In this document: piece by piece, positions 24,916-36,913 of the stretch
How the letters are laid out: each line of letters starts with the position of its first letter
Numbering within the stretch: the first letter of the stretch is position 1
Assembly (NCBI GenBank): GCA_050084515.1
Contig: CM114271.1
Coordinates: 42,594,001-42,658,000, forward strand
From: Blasia pusilla
Lineage: Eukaryota
Direction: 5' to 3'
DNA length: 64,000 bases
The notes under the pieces: model-generated
Databases searched by the model: none
The model's input: only the letters and a program-made list of their open reading frames with translations
Told to the model about the DNA's origin: nothing
Translations under genes and position numbers: made by a program

Positions 24916-25259
24916 TGACTTGGATTTTGAGTCTTGGTATGGCCGAGCAACGCCGACTTTGGACTATGTCTGTGGGTCTTCCACCCCTTGTAATGAGCTC
25001 GATGGCTACCGGGATGGTAGAGGCATCGGCTGGGGGCGAGGAGAGTAGTATTTTACATCCTTGGAGTAAATGGGATGTAATGGCTAGGCATGTGAAGTTG
25101 GTTGCTCATGCTGGTGGAGGAGTTATTTGCTCAGATGATGGTGTAGCTAAGGGTGTACCATCTTGTGAGGGGGTTGCGTAGCAGCCAATGGCATCATCCT
25201 CTCCCTCTAGTGTGCCACTGGAGGAGACGTGGGAGCCATTACTTAGGCCCAAGCTTACG

Positions 25260-26100
25260 GGAGGTGAGAAACGACGCTTGACACAGTTCCTACGTGCTGA
25301 TAGGAGTTGTTTTGCCTTTAGCATGAAGGAGTTGGATGCTCTGGTTGGACCCGGTATACGGATTGATTTGGCTAGTGATACGCCAATTGTCCGTCGTCCC
25401 TACCGATATAGTGATATGGAGAGGGACCTGATTCAGAGTAGGACGTTGGACCTTTTGGAGGCTGGATTAGTGGAGTTGTCGCATGGAGAGTATGCATCAG
25501 CCACTGTCATGCCTACTAAGAAGGATGTGCATGGCAACTACACAGATAGGCGGATGTGTGGAGATTACTGTCTTATCAATCGGCACACCAAGGCTGATAG
25601 GTATGCCATGCCTACACCTGAGGAGATCTTTGATGTAGTGGGACATGCAAAGATTTTCAGTACTTTGGATCTTCGGGCAGGATACCATCACTTGCCGATT
25701 CGAGAGAGTGACAAGGCCAAGACAGCATTTTGGGGTGTCAACTCTCATGGCAAGGATTGTTTGTACCAGTGGAAATTCTTACCCTTTGGGTTGAAGAATG
25801 CACCTACCGAGTTTCAGAGAGTGATGGATATGATCCTAGTAGGGTTGGATTTTTGTTCGGTGTTACATTGATGATATCTTGGTGTTCAGTAACACGGTGG
25901 AGGAGCATCAGATACATTTACAGATGGTGTTTGAGCGGTTGAAAGCTCATGGTCTATGTTTGCATCCAAGAAAGTGTAAGTTCTTCCATGAGGATGTTGA
26001 GTACTTGGGTCATGTGATCTATCTAGGTGGTTTGGGAGTTCAGCAAGCAAAGATGGAGGCTATTACACTTATTCCGCGTCCGGTAGATGTGAGTAGAGTT
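25260..26100 (+). pseudogene. Reverse transcriptase (Ty3/Gypsy)
   Basis: RRMCGDY, FSTLDLRAGYHH, KTAF, LPFGLKNAP, and YIDD at 25864-25875 just after a frameshift, then KCKFF and YLGHV. Confidence 0.95.
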
Positions 26101-26289
26101 CGAGCATTCTTGGGATTGGCGAACTACTATCGGAGGTATGTGAAGGGATTTAGTGCTATGGCAAAGCCTTTGAACCAATTGTTGAAATCAGATCAAGAGT
26201 GGCACTGGGGAGATGATCAGGAGAGAGCTTTTGTGGAGCTTAAGGCCCAGTTGGTGGCGGCGCCTATCTTGAGGAGACCTATCAAAGGG

Positions 26290-26600
26290 CGCCCATTTCA
26301 ATTACACACCGATTGGAGTAGGTTGGGACTTGGAGCGGTGTTGACACAACATGATGATGAGCACATGGAGTTTGTGGTGGCCTATGCAAGTCGTTCAAGA
26401 ATGCATGAGTCGCTATAGTTCATATGAGGGAGAGTGCTTGGCAATAGTGTGGGCTGTGGCACACTTTAGGTGTTACTTGTTTGGCACACAGTTTACCCTT
26501 GTTACTGATCACCAGCCGCTCAAGTGGTTGATGGAGTCTGACAAGCTTACAGGGAAGCTTGCATAGTGGGCTCTTATCTTACAGGAGTATGACTTCCAGG
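26290..26600 (+). pseudogene. RNase H (Ty3/Gypsy)
   Basis: FQLHTDWS..GLGAVL, VAYASR, YSSYEGECLAIVWAV..F..YL.G..FTLVTDHQPL; frameshift near 26400. Confidence 0.92.
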
Positions 26601-27039
26601 TGGTACATAGACTTGGAGTTGCCAACCTTGATGGTGATGGGTTGATTGGGAACCCCTGTACTAGCCAAGAGGATACAACTGGGGCTAGATGGCATGGCGA
26701 GGTTTATGAGGAGATGGTGCCAGGTTGGCATGCATCCGCCTTTTTATGTTGGTTAGGGATGGACTCTAGTATGGAGGACCACATGATATCTTACTCTAAT
26801 CAGAGGGTAGATGGCCAGCCTTCAGATCCTAAGGTTGGAGATGGTGGTACGGATCAGCGTGACATTCATGATGATGCGTTGGTGTTGGAGTTCCTACGGA
26901 CTAGTAGAATGCCGGGCATAGTGAGTGCCAAGGAGCCAGACCGTGTTCTTCAACGTGCTAAGAGGTATCGATTGGAGGGAACACATATTCTCCGTGTGCG
27001 GGAGGATGGTAGAGTACGAGTAGTGCCGCATTTGGCTCA

Positions 27040-28110
27040 GAGAGAGCACATTGTGCGACATGCCCATGAGGAGTTGGGACATTTTGGGGTAAAGCGTACA
27101 TATAGCTTACTCCTTGGTCAGTATTGGTGGCGTGGCATGCATACTCAGGTGCAGCAGTTGGTGTCATGTTGTATGGTTTGTGACCGGGTGAGGGCATCAT
27201 TCAATGCCCCTACACCACAGTTACACCCCTTGCCTATTATGGGGTTGGGTTACCGTTGGAGTGTGGACTTTGCGGGACCATTACCGTTGACTATACGACA
27301 TCATCGTTACGTGTTGGTGATGGTGGAGCACTTCTCCAAGTGGATTGAGTTGGTGGCATTACCTGACAAGGCAAGTGAGGGAAAGGCGTATGCGTTTCTT
27401 GATAGAGTGCTTAGTCATTTTGGTGCACCAGGTGAAGTTCTGACCGATCAGGGTACAGAGTTTCAGGGTGAGTTTTAGGTCTTGTGTGACAAGGCGTTGA
27501 TTGATCATTGGACCACGTCTTGAGATCATCCAGAGGCGGATGGTTTAGCTCAGCGTGTGGTTCAGACGGTGAAGAGGGCATTGCGCAAGTATGGCCTACA
27601 GAAGGGGCATCTTGGAGACTGGGATATTCAGTTGCCATGGTTAGCCATGGGATATAGGTTCAGTCGCCAAGCATCCTTGGCTTCCTTCTCACCTTATTTT
27701 CTATTATACGGCCGAGATCTAGACTTGCCAGTAGCAATTCGTCGGGAGTCTAGTGAGGTGGTGAACCTTGATGACCCATAGATGTGGATGAGAGTGTGTT
27801 CTCAGCGGGCAGAGCTCTTTCGGAGAGTTATGCCAACAGCCTTTGAGAATCTTGCCATTGCTCAACACAGGGATACGTTGCGGTATGCAACCATTCGGGG
27901 TGGAGGTTATCGACCATCGATTCGTAGGTTCCATATGGGGGACTATGTCTATTTGCAGCGGATTGCACCGACAACGTTGGATGTGACGCCAGGCCGCACT
28001 ATTTTACGAGTGCGCGAGGTGTTAGCTTCTGGAGTTCTCATGTTGGAGGGTCGTGATGGAGATGTTTGGAAGGACCATGTGCGTAATTGTGCGTCATGTC
28101 ATCTTCCAAA
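27040..28110 (+). pseudogene. DDE integrase
   Basis: HHCC zinc motif (HEELGH...CMVC), WSVDFAGPL, VEHFSKW, VLTDQGTEF, ADGLA(Q)R with the catalytic E changed to Q, and SPYFLLYGR. Confidence 0.92.
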
Positions 28111-28162
28111 TGTGAATGGTACTGTTGACCCAAGCTTAGCCATGATACGTGCTAGCTTGAGG

Positions 28163-28300
28163 TGCATGTTGTGTGGGTCTGCTGGTAACGCACCCCGTAT
28201 GTTGGTGTGTGATCGGTGTTCTAGGGGTTGGCACATTATGTGTTTGACTCCACGTATTGATGTTGTTCCTACTGGAAGGTGGGTTTGTCCTCGATGTACT
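28163..28300 (+). pseudogene. PHD finger (C4HC3) at the C-terminus of integrase
   Basis: CMLC-x11-CDRC-x4-HIMC-x12-WVCPRC at the end of ORF 27782-28303, followed by the terminal stop. Confidence 0.9.
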
Positions 28301-28454
28301 TAGGAGAGGTAGATGACTTGATCTTTGCATGATATGGATTACATAGATGTTCGACTAACGATGGGGCAACCTAGCACCCGGCCTTCTGATTTGTGCACCC
28401 AAGAAGGTGTATAGCATGTAGTAGATGTATAGGGCTACTTGGGAGTTAGAGGGA

Positions 28455-28477
28455 CCTAACCGGTTAGGGGGGCGAGT
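28455..28477 (+). promoter_or_regulatory. Polypurine tract preceded by a 14-bp palindrome
   Basis: CCTAACCGGTTAGG (28455-28468) overlaps AGGGGGGCGAG (28466-28476), immediately before TGTGG at 28478. Confidence 0.7.
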
Positions 28478-29053
28478 TGTGGTACACTTGTGTTTGTGGA
28501 TGCTCTCGTTTATGTTATGTATGTATGTGAGTATGGTATGTCAGCGATGTATGTTGTATGACGATGTGGATTCGCACGATAGCTGTCATGACCATATGGA
28601 TTCTGTCGTAGAGTATAGTGTGCTAGTAGAGGCCATACCTTATGTAGGGCCGCAGTGTCTAGGTAGAGATGCGATTTCATACATAGGGTTGGGGGTTACT
28701 CAGTTGAGGGTGACTTTTCCAATAGGGCCCGCTCTTAGGTTGGAGGATATAAGGTGGAGTGCACTCAAAGAACAGTCAGTTCTTTGAGTTGAGCATGTTG
28801 CGTTGGGAGTTAGCCTTGGTAGTGAGTAGAGCTCTTGGCTATGGTGTTTCCAAAGCCGACCTAGATTCTCCCATCGTGGAGTGGGTTTGGCTCGATTGTA
28901 TGTGATTCTATATGTGTTTTATGACAGTAGGTCTTTCACGGATTTCAGTTGTGGTACACTTGTGTTTGTGGATGCTCTCGTCTATGTTATGTATGTATGT
29001 GAGTATGGTATGTCAGCGATGTATGTTGTATGACGATGTGGATTCGCACGACA
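28478..29053 (+). repeat. 3' terminal repeat block B1 (28478-28581)-GC-A2 (28584-28947)-GT-B2 (28950-29053)
   Basis: B1 and B2 are 104 bp and differ at two positions. A2 matches A1 at the 5' end of the element. Confidence 0.95.
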
Positions 29054-30174
29054 TGTCATCTTCACAAAGCACATTTATTGTTCTTTTGATTCTCTTACTT
29101 GTTTCCCACAAAGATACTTCCTTCCATTAGCCTTGGAAGGAAAGAAAAGACTTGAGTTGGATTATTAAGACCTAACTAGTCGTAAGTCCCACAAGGTCAA
29201 ATACGCAAAGTTTTCCGCCCTTGTTTGGTATCCTATGCCTCCCTTATTTGCATCACAACTTCTTTGGTTAGCCTATCCATCAACCCTCCACCAATCTCCC
29301 CATATAACTCACCTTGTTGAAGTGCAGTCGCTAATTCATAGTAATTATTGAAAGAGTGTCCCACAAGATATTCAAGCTCACAACTATACATACCCCCAAA
29401 AAATAACATCATCAACTCCTAATTTCAAATGATGGTTGAGTACATCCTTGTTAGCCTCGTACAAACTCAATGACATGGTGACTTGTGATGAGTCTCATAG
29501 TTAATGTTGCCTTGTCTTGACTCCCCCTTGAATCTCTATTTCCTATATTTCATGTCTAAATGTCTCAAAATGCCATGTCTATATGTGTCCCTTCTTATGA
29601 CTAATCTCAAAGCTCCCCACTCATCTTGGCTACTTGTGGTGTCCTATCCGCCTCACCCCTTAACTTAACTTGAATCAAGACTTACTCCCCCGTATTCATT
29701 AATCGGCTAGTTAGTCATACTCCCTGCCCACAACCACATTATTTACCTCATATATCTTAAGAGAGTTTTAAGATGCACGTGAATGGTTCTTTTGATTATT
29801 TCTATGATATATGTATTGGCATCCCCATTCGTCTTGATTTCTCTTACTCTCAAAACCATATGCATATCATTGCCTTTGGATGACTTGAGGGAGCATTAGG
29901 CTCCTAACAATTCCCAAGTCTTGCAAGTAGACTTGTTTAGGTTTTCATTTGGCAATAACAATGAGGTTTCTTATCCCTTTGAATCATGATCATTATTCAA
30001 CTTTGATTTACCAAAAATCATAAATGTGTCAAACTTAATTAACTATTTGCAACAAGATTACCACCTTTTTCTCCTCTTCATTTTTTTGTTCATTATTGAG
30101 TATCCTAATTATATCTTTTTGGAAAAAAAAACTTTGGGATATCACTATTTATGATCTCAAATTAACCGAACTAT

Positions 30175-31152
30175 AGGGACCTCCGAAATCTACTATATTG
30201 GACTTCGTTCGGGTTTCGAATCCCAACGTTAAAACTCGTGATCCATTTCATGCCCTTCAGTCTCCCAATGGCACCCCAAAGTGGGGTTCGAATCCCAAGC
30301 ACTCTTGAGACCTTCTCCCTTACTAGTATTTATGGGGTTCTTTGCCCTCTCCCTAACTTTGGAGAAGAGACGTTCGTGCCCCTCTTTTTGGCCCTGAACC
30401 CAACTTCCCATGCAATAATTTTTGGGAATTTTCTGAGTCTGTGCTTGTGCGTTTGCTAAGATCTTTGGTGCGTTGGAACCGACTTTGCAGAAGCTTTGCA
30501 ATGCTATATTGGACTTTGTTCGGGTTTCGAATCCCAACGTCAAAACTCCCGATCCATTACATGCCCTTCGGTCTCCCAACGGCACCCCAAAGTGGGGTTT
30601 GAGTCCCAAGCACCCTTGGAGACCTTCCCCCTTACTAGTATTTATGGGGTTCTTTGCCCTCTCCCTAACTTTGGAGAAGAGAAGTCCGTGCCCCTCTTTT
30701 TGGCCCTCAACCCAACTCCCCATGCAATCATTTTTAGGAATTTTCTCAGTTTGTGCTTGTGAGTTTGCTAAGATCTTTGGGTGCGTTGGAACCAGCTTTG
30801 CATCAGCTTTGCGATGCTATCATAACTGTCCCAAATTCATCTTGGGACTAAAAATTATGGTCCAAATTATAATCACAATCCCAAGTGCTAATGACGTTCC
30901 AAATCCGGTTCTCACCTCTTTGGCAACCACTCTTCCTAAATTTGACTCCTCTCAAATCTTGGTTCACGTTTGGTTCAAGTTTCCTAGTCTTGACCATAGA
31001 CATATGAAACGCTCAACCTTGTTTGTGTCTCATCTTTTATGTCTCTTGCATCTCTTCCGAGAGACCACTCCAATGCGCAAGCCATCCTAGCATGAGCCTG
31101 CTAGAGTTCCGATGTTCCACATGGCGCTTGTTTGGTTATGAGGTTCACGACA
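30175..31152. repeat. LTR-like remnant with an internal ~311-bp tandem duplication (30193-30503 and 30504-30820)
   Basis: CTATATTGGACTT(C/T)GTTCGGGTTTCGAATCCCAACG recurs at 30193 and 30504. 30858-31152 is homologous to 8458-8743 and ends TCACGACA. Confidence 0.75.
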
Positions 31153-34100
31153 ACCAACCACTTTTACTCTTCATAAATAGAATTTTCATTGGTTGATGCA
31201 CTCTCTTTTGTAGAGCCAGCCAAGTAATATGTTTTCTATTTGGGAAGAGTAAAAGTGGTTCGCTACGTTTATCTAATTTGGAATGTGGAGGTTACTTAGA
31301 GAATTAACACAACATCCCAAATTCATATCTTTTTATTGTTGTTCAAACCCCGTGTGGATGAAGTGGTGATCAGAAAAGGATTCCTTTTAATTTGGAACCA
31401 TAATCTTGTTGGAGAGTAGAGGGAATTAAATAATTATTGGTGCATCTTGGATGCAATAATCGCTTCGAGGCCAAGCCAACCTTACAAATTTCTATGTGTA
31501 GGTCCAAAGAAGATTGAGATGATGTGTGACATTAACATCATGTTGAATTTTGGAACTAACTCACACTTTTTGAAAGAGAATGAAAAAAAATGCTTTTAAA
31601 TTATAATATGGATTAGTTTTGTAACCTTTCATGCACGTTGAAATTACCATCCTCTCGAAGTTTTGAATTTACCATCCTCATGAAGTTTTGAGATGATAAG
31701 ATGATAAACTTCAAAAGATGTTGAGAGAAGTTCATCTTTCAAGCACATGATAGAGCAAGGTGATGTTTTCAATGCCTTAGATTTTAAATACCTCAAATGG
31801 ATTGTGGGTTTAGTCAACAACTAGCCCATAATTGTGAAAGTTCATAGCATGACATTTCGATTATTAACGTTGTGGAAGTTGGTGAGTTTATGCACTTGAA
31901 GGTTCAATGTGGAGTTAAAGGTCACCTAATGTTGACTTGAGTGTTGTCGCATCTATTGCTATGGTATTAGTCTATCAAGCATTTCTTTGCATATGGCATG
32001 GTTTTTTCCTTGGTTTCCACCACTCGCTACGTTATGAAATAGATATATCAATCGACATAGTTCCATGAGCCAAGCATTGGACTACAAGTTACCATAAAAG
32101 TTGCCTCCATCTATCGATTTTCTTTATCATAATGTGCTCCGCTTGTACATAATGATTAAACTATCTTTCCTCCACTCCAAGAAAACCTAATATTTTGCCT
32201 CATTCTGTGAATATTAGCGAAAGTCAAACTTAATTTAGATACCGCTCATCCAATCAATGGATATATTTCAACGAGACAAACATTGGACTAAAATTTTCCA
32301 TGAAAGTTATCTATCTCATGGATTTCTTTATATCTCAATTTTCTTTTCTTGTACAAACTAATTTTCCTTCACGTGAGAACTTTGTATCTTTCCTCATTCT
32401 TTGATTATGAGGGCAAGTCAAACTTCATTTGGATGTGGCTTAGCCAATCACAACACAACATGGGCTTCTTTGTGGATGTGGTAGGAGAGTTAAACCCATC
32501 CAAATGGATTTCACAACTAAGTTTGGATAAGAGGAATGGAACCTTGAAAAGTTGAGGGTGACACATGAGAAGAATGGAAGCCATGGAACTTGAGTCGATT
32601 CTCAAGCTTGAACTCAAGCAATTATAGTAAGCAAGCCACAAGTATTCAGAATTTTTGTTGTGTTTTGGTACAGGGTTGGGCAAACTTGTGATCATGAGTT
32701 GGGCATGACGGGCTCCCTTTGTGAGTACAAACCCAAACAATATTTGAAGGAAGATTTCTAAACTTTTCATCTCAAAAGTAGGTTAGTTTGAAGGTGTTCA
32801 CTAATAGTACAAAGTTATATTGAATAAAAAAAATTTGCATGACATTGAAGGCTATTGAATAAAACCTTACAAGGAAGGGTCATAATCTCTTCATCACTAC
32901 TATTGTTGTAATGATACAAAGGTTAGTTTCTTCAAGATTTGGTTCTCCCTTGGAATATCTTCATCATCTTGTTTCTTTTTCCCCTCCAGAAATGAGAAAT
33001 ATTGAAAACCAATCACTTTTAAGCAACAAAACTACAAAGGCAATCTCTAGTAAAGGAAGATAAACTAAAAGGTGATCAATTGCCGAGGAGTGAGGCAACC
33101 AAATATTAGTGGAGAGTTCATTTGTCTAACGCTAAGGCAACAAGGCACTTTGTAGACACATAGTAAGGAAGTGATCGGTCGCCACAATGTAAGGCAACCA
33201 CTTACTTTGGAGGAGAAAAATATTGGTTTCATCATTATTATGTGATCAATCACCTTGCAAGTAGATAATGAGGAAATGATAGGTCGCCTCACTTTTAAGT
33301 GATCGACCCCTTCTTAACTCGTCATTAGGAACATAAGAAGGTTTTAGATGGCAAACATGATCCCTCAAAATTGTGACAAAAAACTCGAAATTCTCCAAGT
33401 TTGTCTCCTAGAATCCTCTTAGTCTTAGTCTTCAACCAATAAGATCAAGAGTGCAATGATTTTTTCTTCATCACTACACGATGGGAGGTTTTGCCATCAA
33501 CTTCTCATGCTTGATCCCTTCCAAAGCACACAAATCATTGGACTTCAATTCCTCCACTAATATGTGAAGTTTTGGATGTAACTCTATTTTGATCTCACAT
33601 TTTCTCATTCTTTGGTGTTGGTTCACAAGGCTTCCTCAGAGCTAGTAACTCCAAAATTTTATGCATTGAAGAGATCTCATCCTTGAGTTCCCAAATTTTT
33701 TTTCAAAATTGCAATTGAAATAACCAATCGTGATTTTGTTTAAGGGGATCCAGTCCTACATTTAAATTCTCTTCCCGACTCATTTCACAATTGGGGTGAT
33801 CACACCTTATTATGTTTGATCAAGAGTTTGTAACAAGCTCTAATTCTCTCCATCATATTCATGTTTTTTCTATATTCCTAGTCTATATTACGTTGCTAGG
33901 CAAGTGTTTTTAGCTCAATCTATAAAAGCCCAATGAACAATCAAGACTCAAGGCAAGCCTACTCTAGCTGCTTTCTAGTAGGAGGGAGTAAATCCCTCTT
34001 GCCTCTTATTGTATGATTCCCACCCGAGATGGAAAAGGAAATGTCAATAAATATGGGTTGTCAAGTAGGATTGCCGTCATGTCCTCCATGTGGAATTTGT

Positions 34101-36913
34101 GTCTCAAATACAATTTTTCTTGATTGGAAGAATTATGGTAGCTATTGAAACTTGATGGGCCCTAAGTTGGTTTCTCTATGGTAATCCTACTCTTGGTTGT
34201 AATTTTGTTCCTTTCCATCATAGTTGAGATAAGTTGCTCATCATGAATTTCTTTGACTTTAAATTACATGGTGTTTAAATCATAAACATGCGTTGGTGTC
34301 TTAGTGAATCTTTGACTTCCACATACTGCCCCAAAAGTATTCTTGGACCTTTGCTGCTTTGTGATCCATTCTCATTTTTTCCTCATTGGTTTCTCTGGAT
34401 CGTTAGTTCTTGAGGCTATTCGGGAAATGACTCGAGATCCTAAATTTGGACTGAACACAACGCTTTACCCCAATACAACTTTACTCCCAAGTCACAAGAG
34501 GGAGCTATTAAATCATCTTCTCCACTCCCTACTACACCTGTTGCTCTTATGCCCAAGCCGAGCGTTATTCCCTCTTGATGGACATCATCAAGCATGACAT
34601 GATGTCAAAATTGATTCTTTTGTCCCTTGTTGAGTGTTTGCAAATAAGAAAAAATCATCTTGGGACACAATATGAACATCTTAAAGCCTTTGTAATAACC
34701 ATTTTTTCCTTTAGAAAGAAAATTTTAAAACTGTCAAAATATCTTCAAAAGGAAACCATATTTCAAACCTCTTCTACAATTCCAAAATTCTCCGTTCCTC
34801 TTTGAACTCTCCATGTCAAACCAACTTTTAGCTATTGCCTTCTCCATACCTCTTCTTGCTCTCCACGTTACCCTAACTTTAAGCTACTTCCTTCTGCCCT
34901 AGATAATACTTCCCTTCCTTCATTGGAGTGACTTAACAAGCACAGACGGCTCTTCTAAACTTAAAAGGAACAATTTTGTAGGTGTCAAAGCACTTGGTGG
35001 GGGTGACGGAGGTTTGGAGTGGAGGAACTTTACAATCTAACAAACCACTTACAAACCATTGTGCGGACCCTTTTCTAGAGGGACTAGATTGATAGAGCTG
35101 ATGTATTCATGTGTGACATTATGAATACAAAAGGACACACATGAATACAAAAGCTTAATCCAAGCACACATGGACCTGAAAAGACAAGTTCATTCAGGTT
35201 GGAATGAAGATGGACAGATGAGATTAGAATGTCACGAATGGAGCAGTTAGCCTCGCGCGAATAATATTAACCTCTCCCGGAAACATGAGAGCTAACATTT
35301 TTGATAACCCTGATAACAAAGTCACCCGAATCCAATCAAGTTAACCCGAATCCAATTAACCTTTAGTGGATAAAGAAGTTGCATCTCCAAACAAAAATGA
35401 CTTGTTCCAATTTTCTTTTGGGGATAAGACGATCCAATTTTTAGGTTTGTTTTTGTAATAAAGTTTATTTCCATTTGACTTAAGCTCGCATCTGACCCCT
35501 TCAACTATTACGAATTTATTTCACATAAAATTCATGCCCATACCAATCATAATGGTTTTGAACATAACGATTTTCTGGCGGACACTCCTGCTGGTGAACA
35601 AATGAAGAAAATGTCACCTTATTATAATATAAATGACTTACATATTGCTCGCCATTCCCACTTTCTCACAAAGTACGAAGGGATGCGAGATACCCCTCCT
35701 CTCTAAGCAAAGCTAGATAAGAGTGTTTCGATACGTGGGGTTCATCTTTGCCTTCGTTAATAAATGAAGTGAGCAAAAAGATGCAAATAATCCTGGGAAG
35801 TTACCTTTTCTATCCTGCTTGTTAGTGAACATAGCCAGCTCCAATCACAACCACAATTCCAGAGAAGTGGCACCTATATGCACTTACAGTCAGGATAACA
35901 TCAATCCAAGAGTGAATAGGTTCAGCATTCCACTCCCACCATGATTCCCTTGAAGCGAAACCCACACACAAAAAGCAAGAGCTGTGCATTAACCACCTTG
36001 TGGAATTTCACCTTGCTGAGAATCCCACACACAGAAGGCAAAAACCACACATTAGTCCCCAGTCATATTTCTATCCAAACTACCTACAAACATGTTATGT
36101 CACTAAAAACTTCATAAATAGTCTTGATGATTGCAGCTCGACATACTAGACAGAACTCAGATGAATCTATTGGACATCCCACTCAAGTTACGCCTGCCAA
36201 GAGAAGATTTTCCCCATGATCGAAAGGAGTATTTTGGTCAAGCTCTCCTCAGACAACAGACCCAGCATCTGCACATGTCTGATTCCCACTCTTCCATGCT
36301 TCCAGAGGATCTTCCGCCTAAAAGAACACATAGGCCAAAGACCACATGTAATCCCTCGCATCCTTCCAAGAAAATGCAAATGCCCCAACTTGAAAACAGA
36401 AGGTAAACTAACCCTCCATGCACTGGCAGCTGCAAAACAAGAATCTGATCTACATCTGACTATGCGGTTGGCTCTCCTCAGTAGAACAGACAAAACAATT
36501 CAAACGAGATACAATCCACTCTTGACTAGAATTACAAGCACAATTACAATTTGCTCAAGTCCTCATAGATGGGCTCAAGAGACTCCAAATTCTTACAACG
36601 AAGGTAACTGCACAAATTTGTATTTCAGCCTGCCATGGCAAAAAAATGTGAGCAACATAAGGATCCACCGAAATCAGCTTTTGAACTGTGATCCAAAATG
36701 ATTAACCGATCAAACTACTGAGGATCGTGTTCAACTACATCTTCTACAATGAATGTCAACATTGTTTCTACTTTTACTTTCTCTATGGTACAACAACTCA
36801 CATATCCTACAAGGTACGAAAATGAAGACCAAGCAAGCTAGCACAAGATTTGCTAACTATGATGGTAGGGAAAAGCATGAGTATTTCCTATCTTTTTTGA
36901 TTCTCCTCCATCT

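Larger units (their letters stand above)
19554..29053 (+). mobile_element. Near full-length Ty3/Gypsy retrotransposon (gag-PR-DNMT-RT-RH-INT-PHD) with split terminal repeats; coding region decayed
   Basis: Ends are TGTCATG (19554) and CACGACA (29053), an imperfect inverted pair. TGTC is duplicated at 19550-19553 and 29054-29057. Domain order PR-RT-RH-INT is Ty3/Gypsy type. About ten in-frame stops and several frameshifts. Confidence 0.95.

Noticed and set aside
19554-29053. Classification as a DIRS/Ngaro/PAT tyrosine-recombinase element because of the split repeats
   Set aside because: No tyrosine recombinase seen; it has an aspartic protease, an HHCC/DDE integrase, TG...CA ends and a TSD.
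31300-34900. AT-rich stretch with faint gag/protease-like fragments on the minus strand
   Set aside because: Too degraded to assign family or boundaries by eye.
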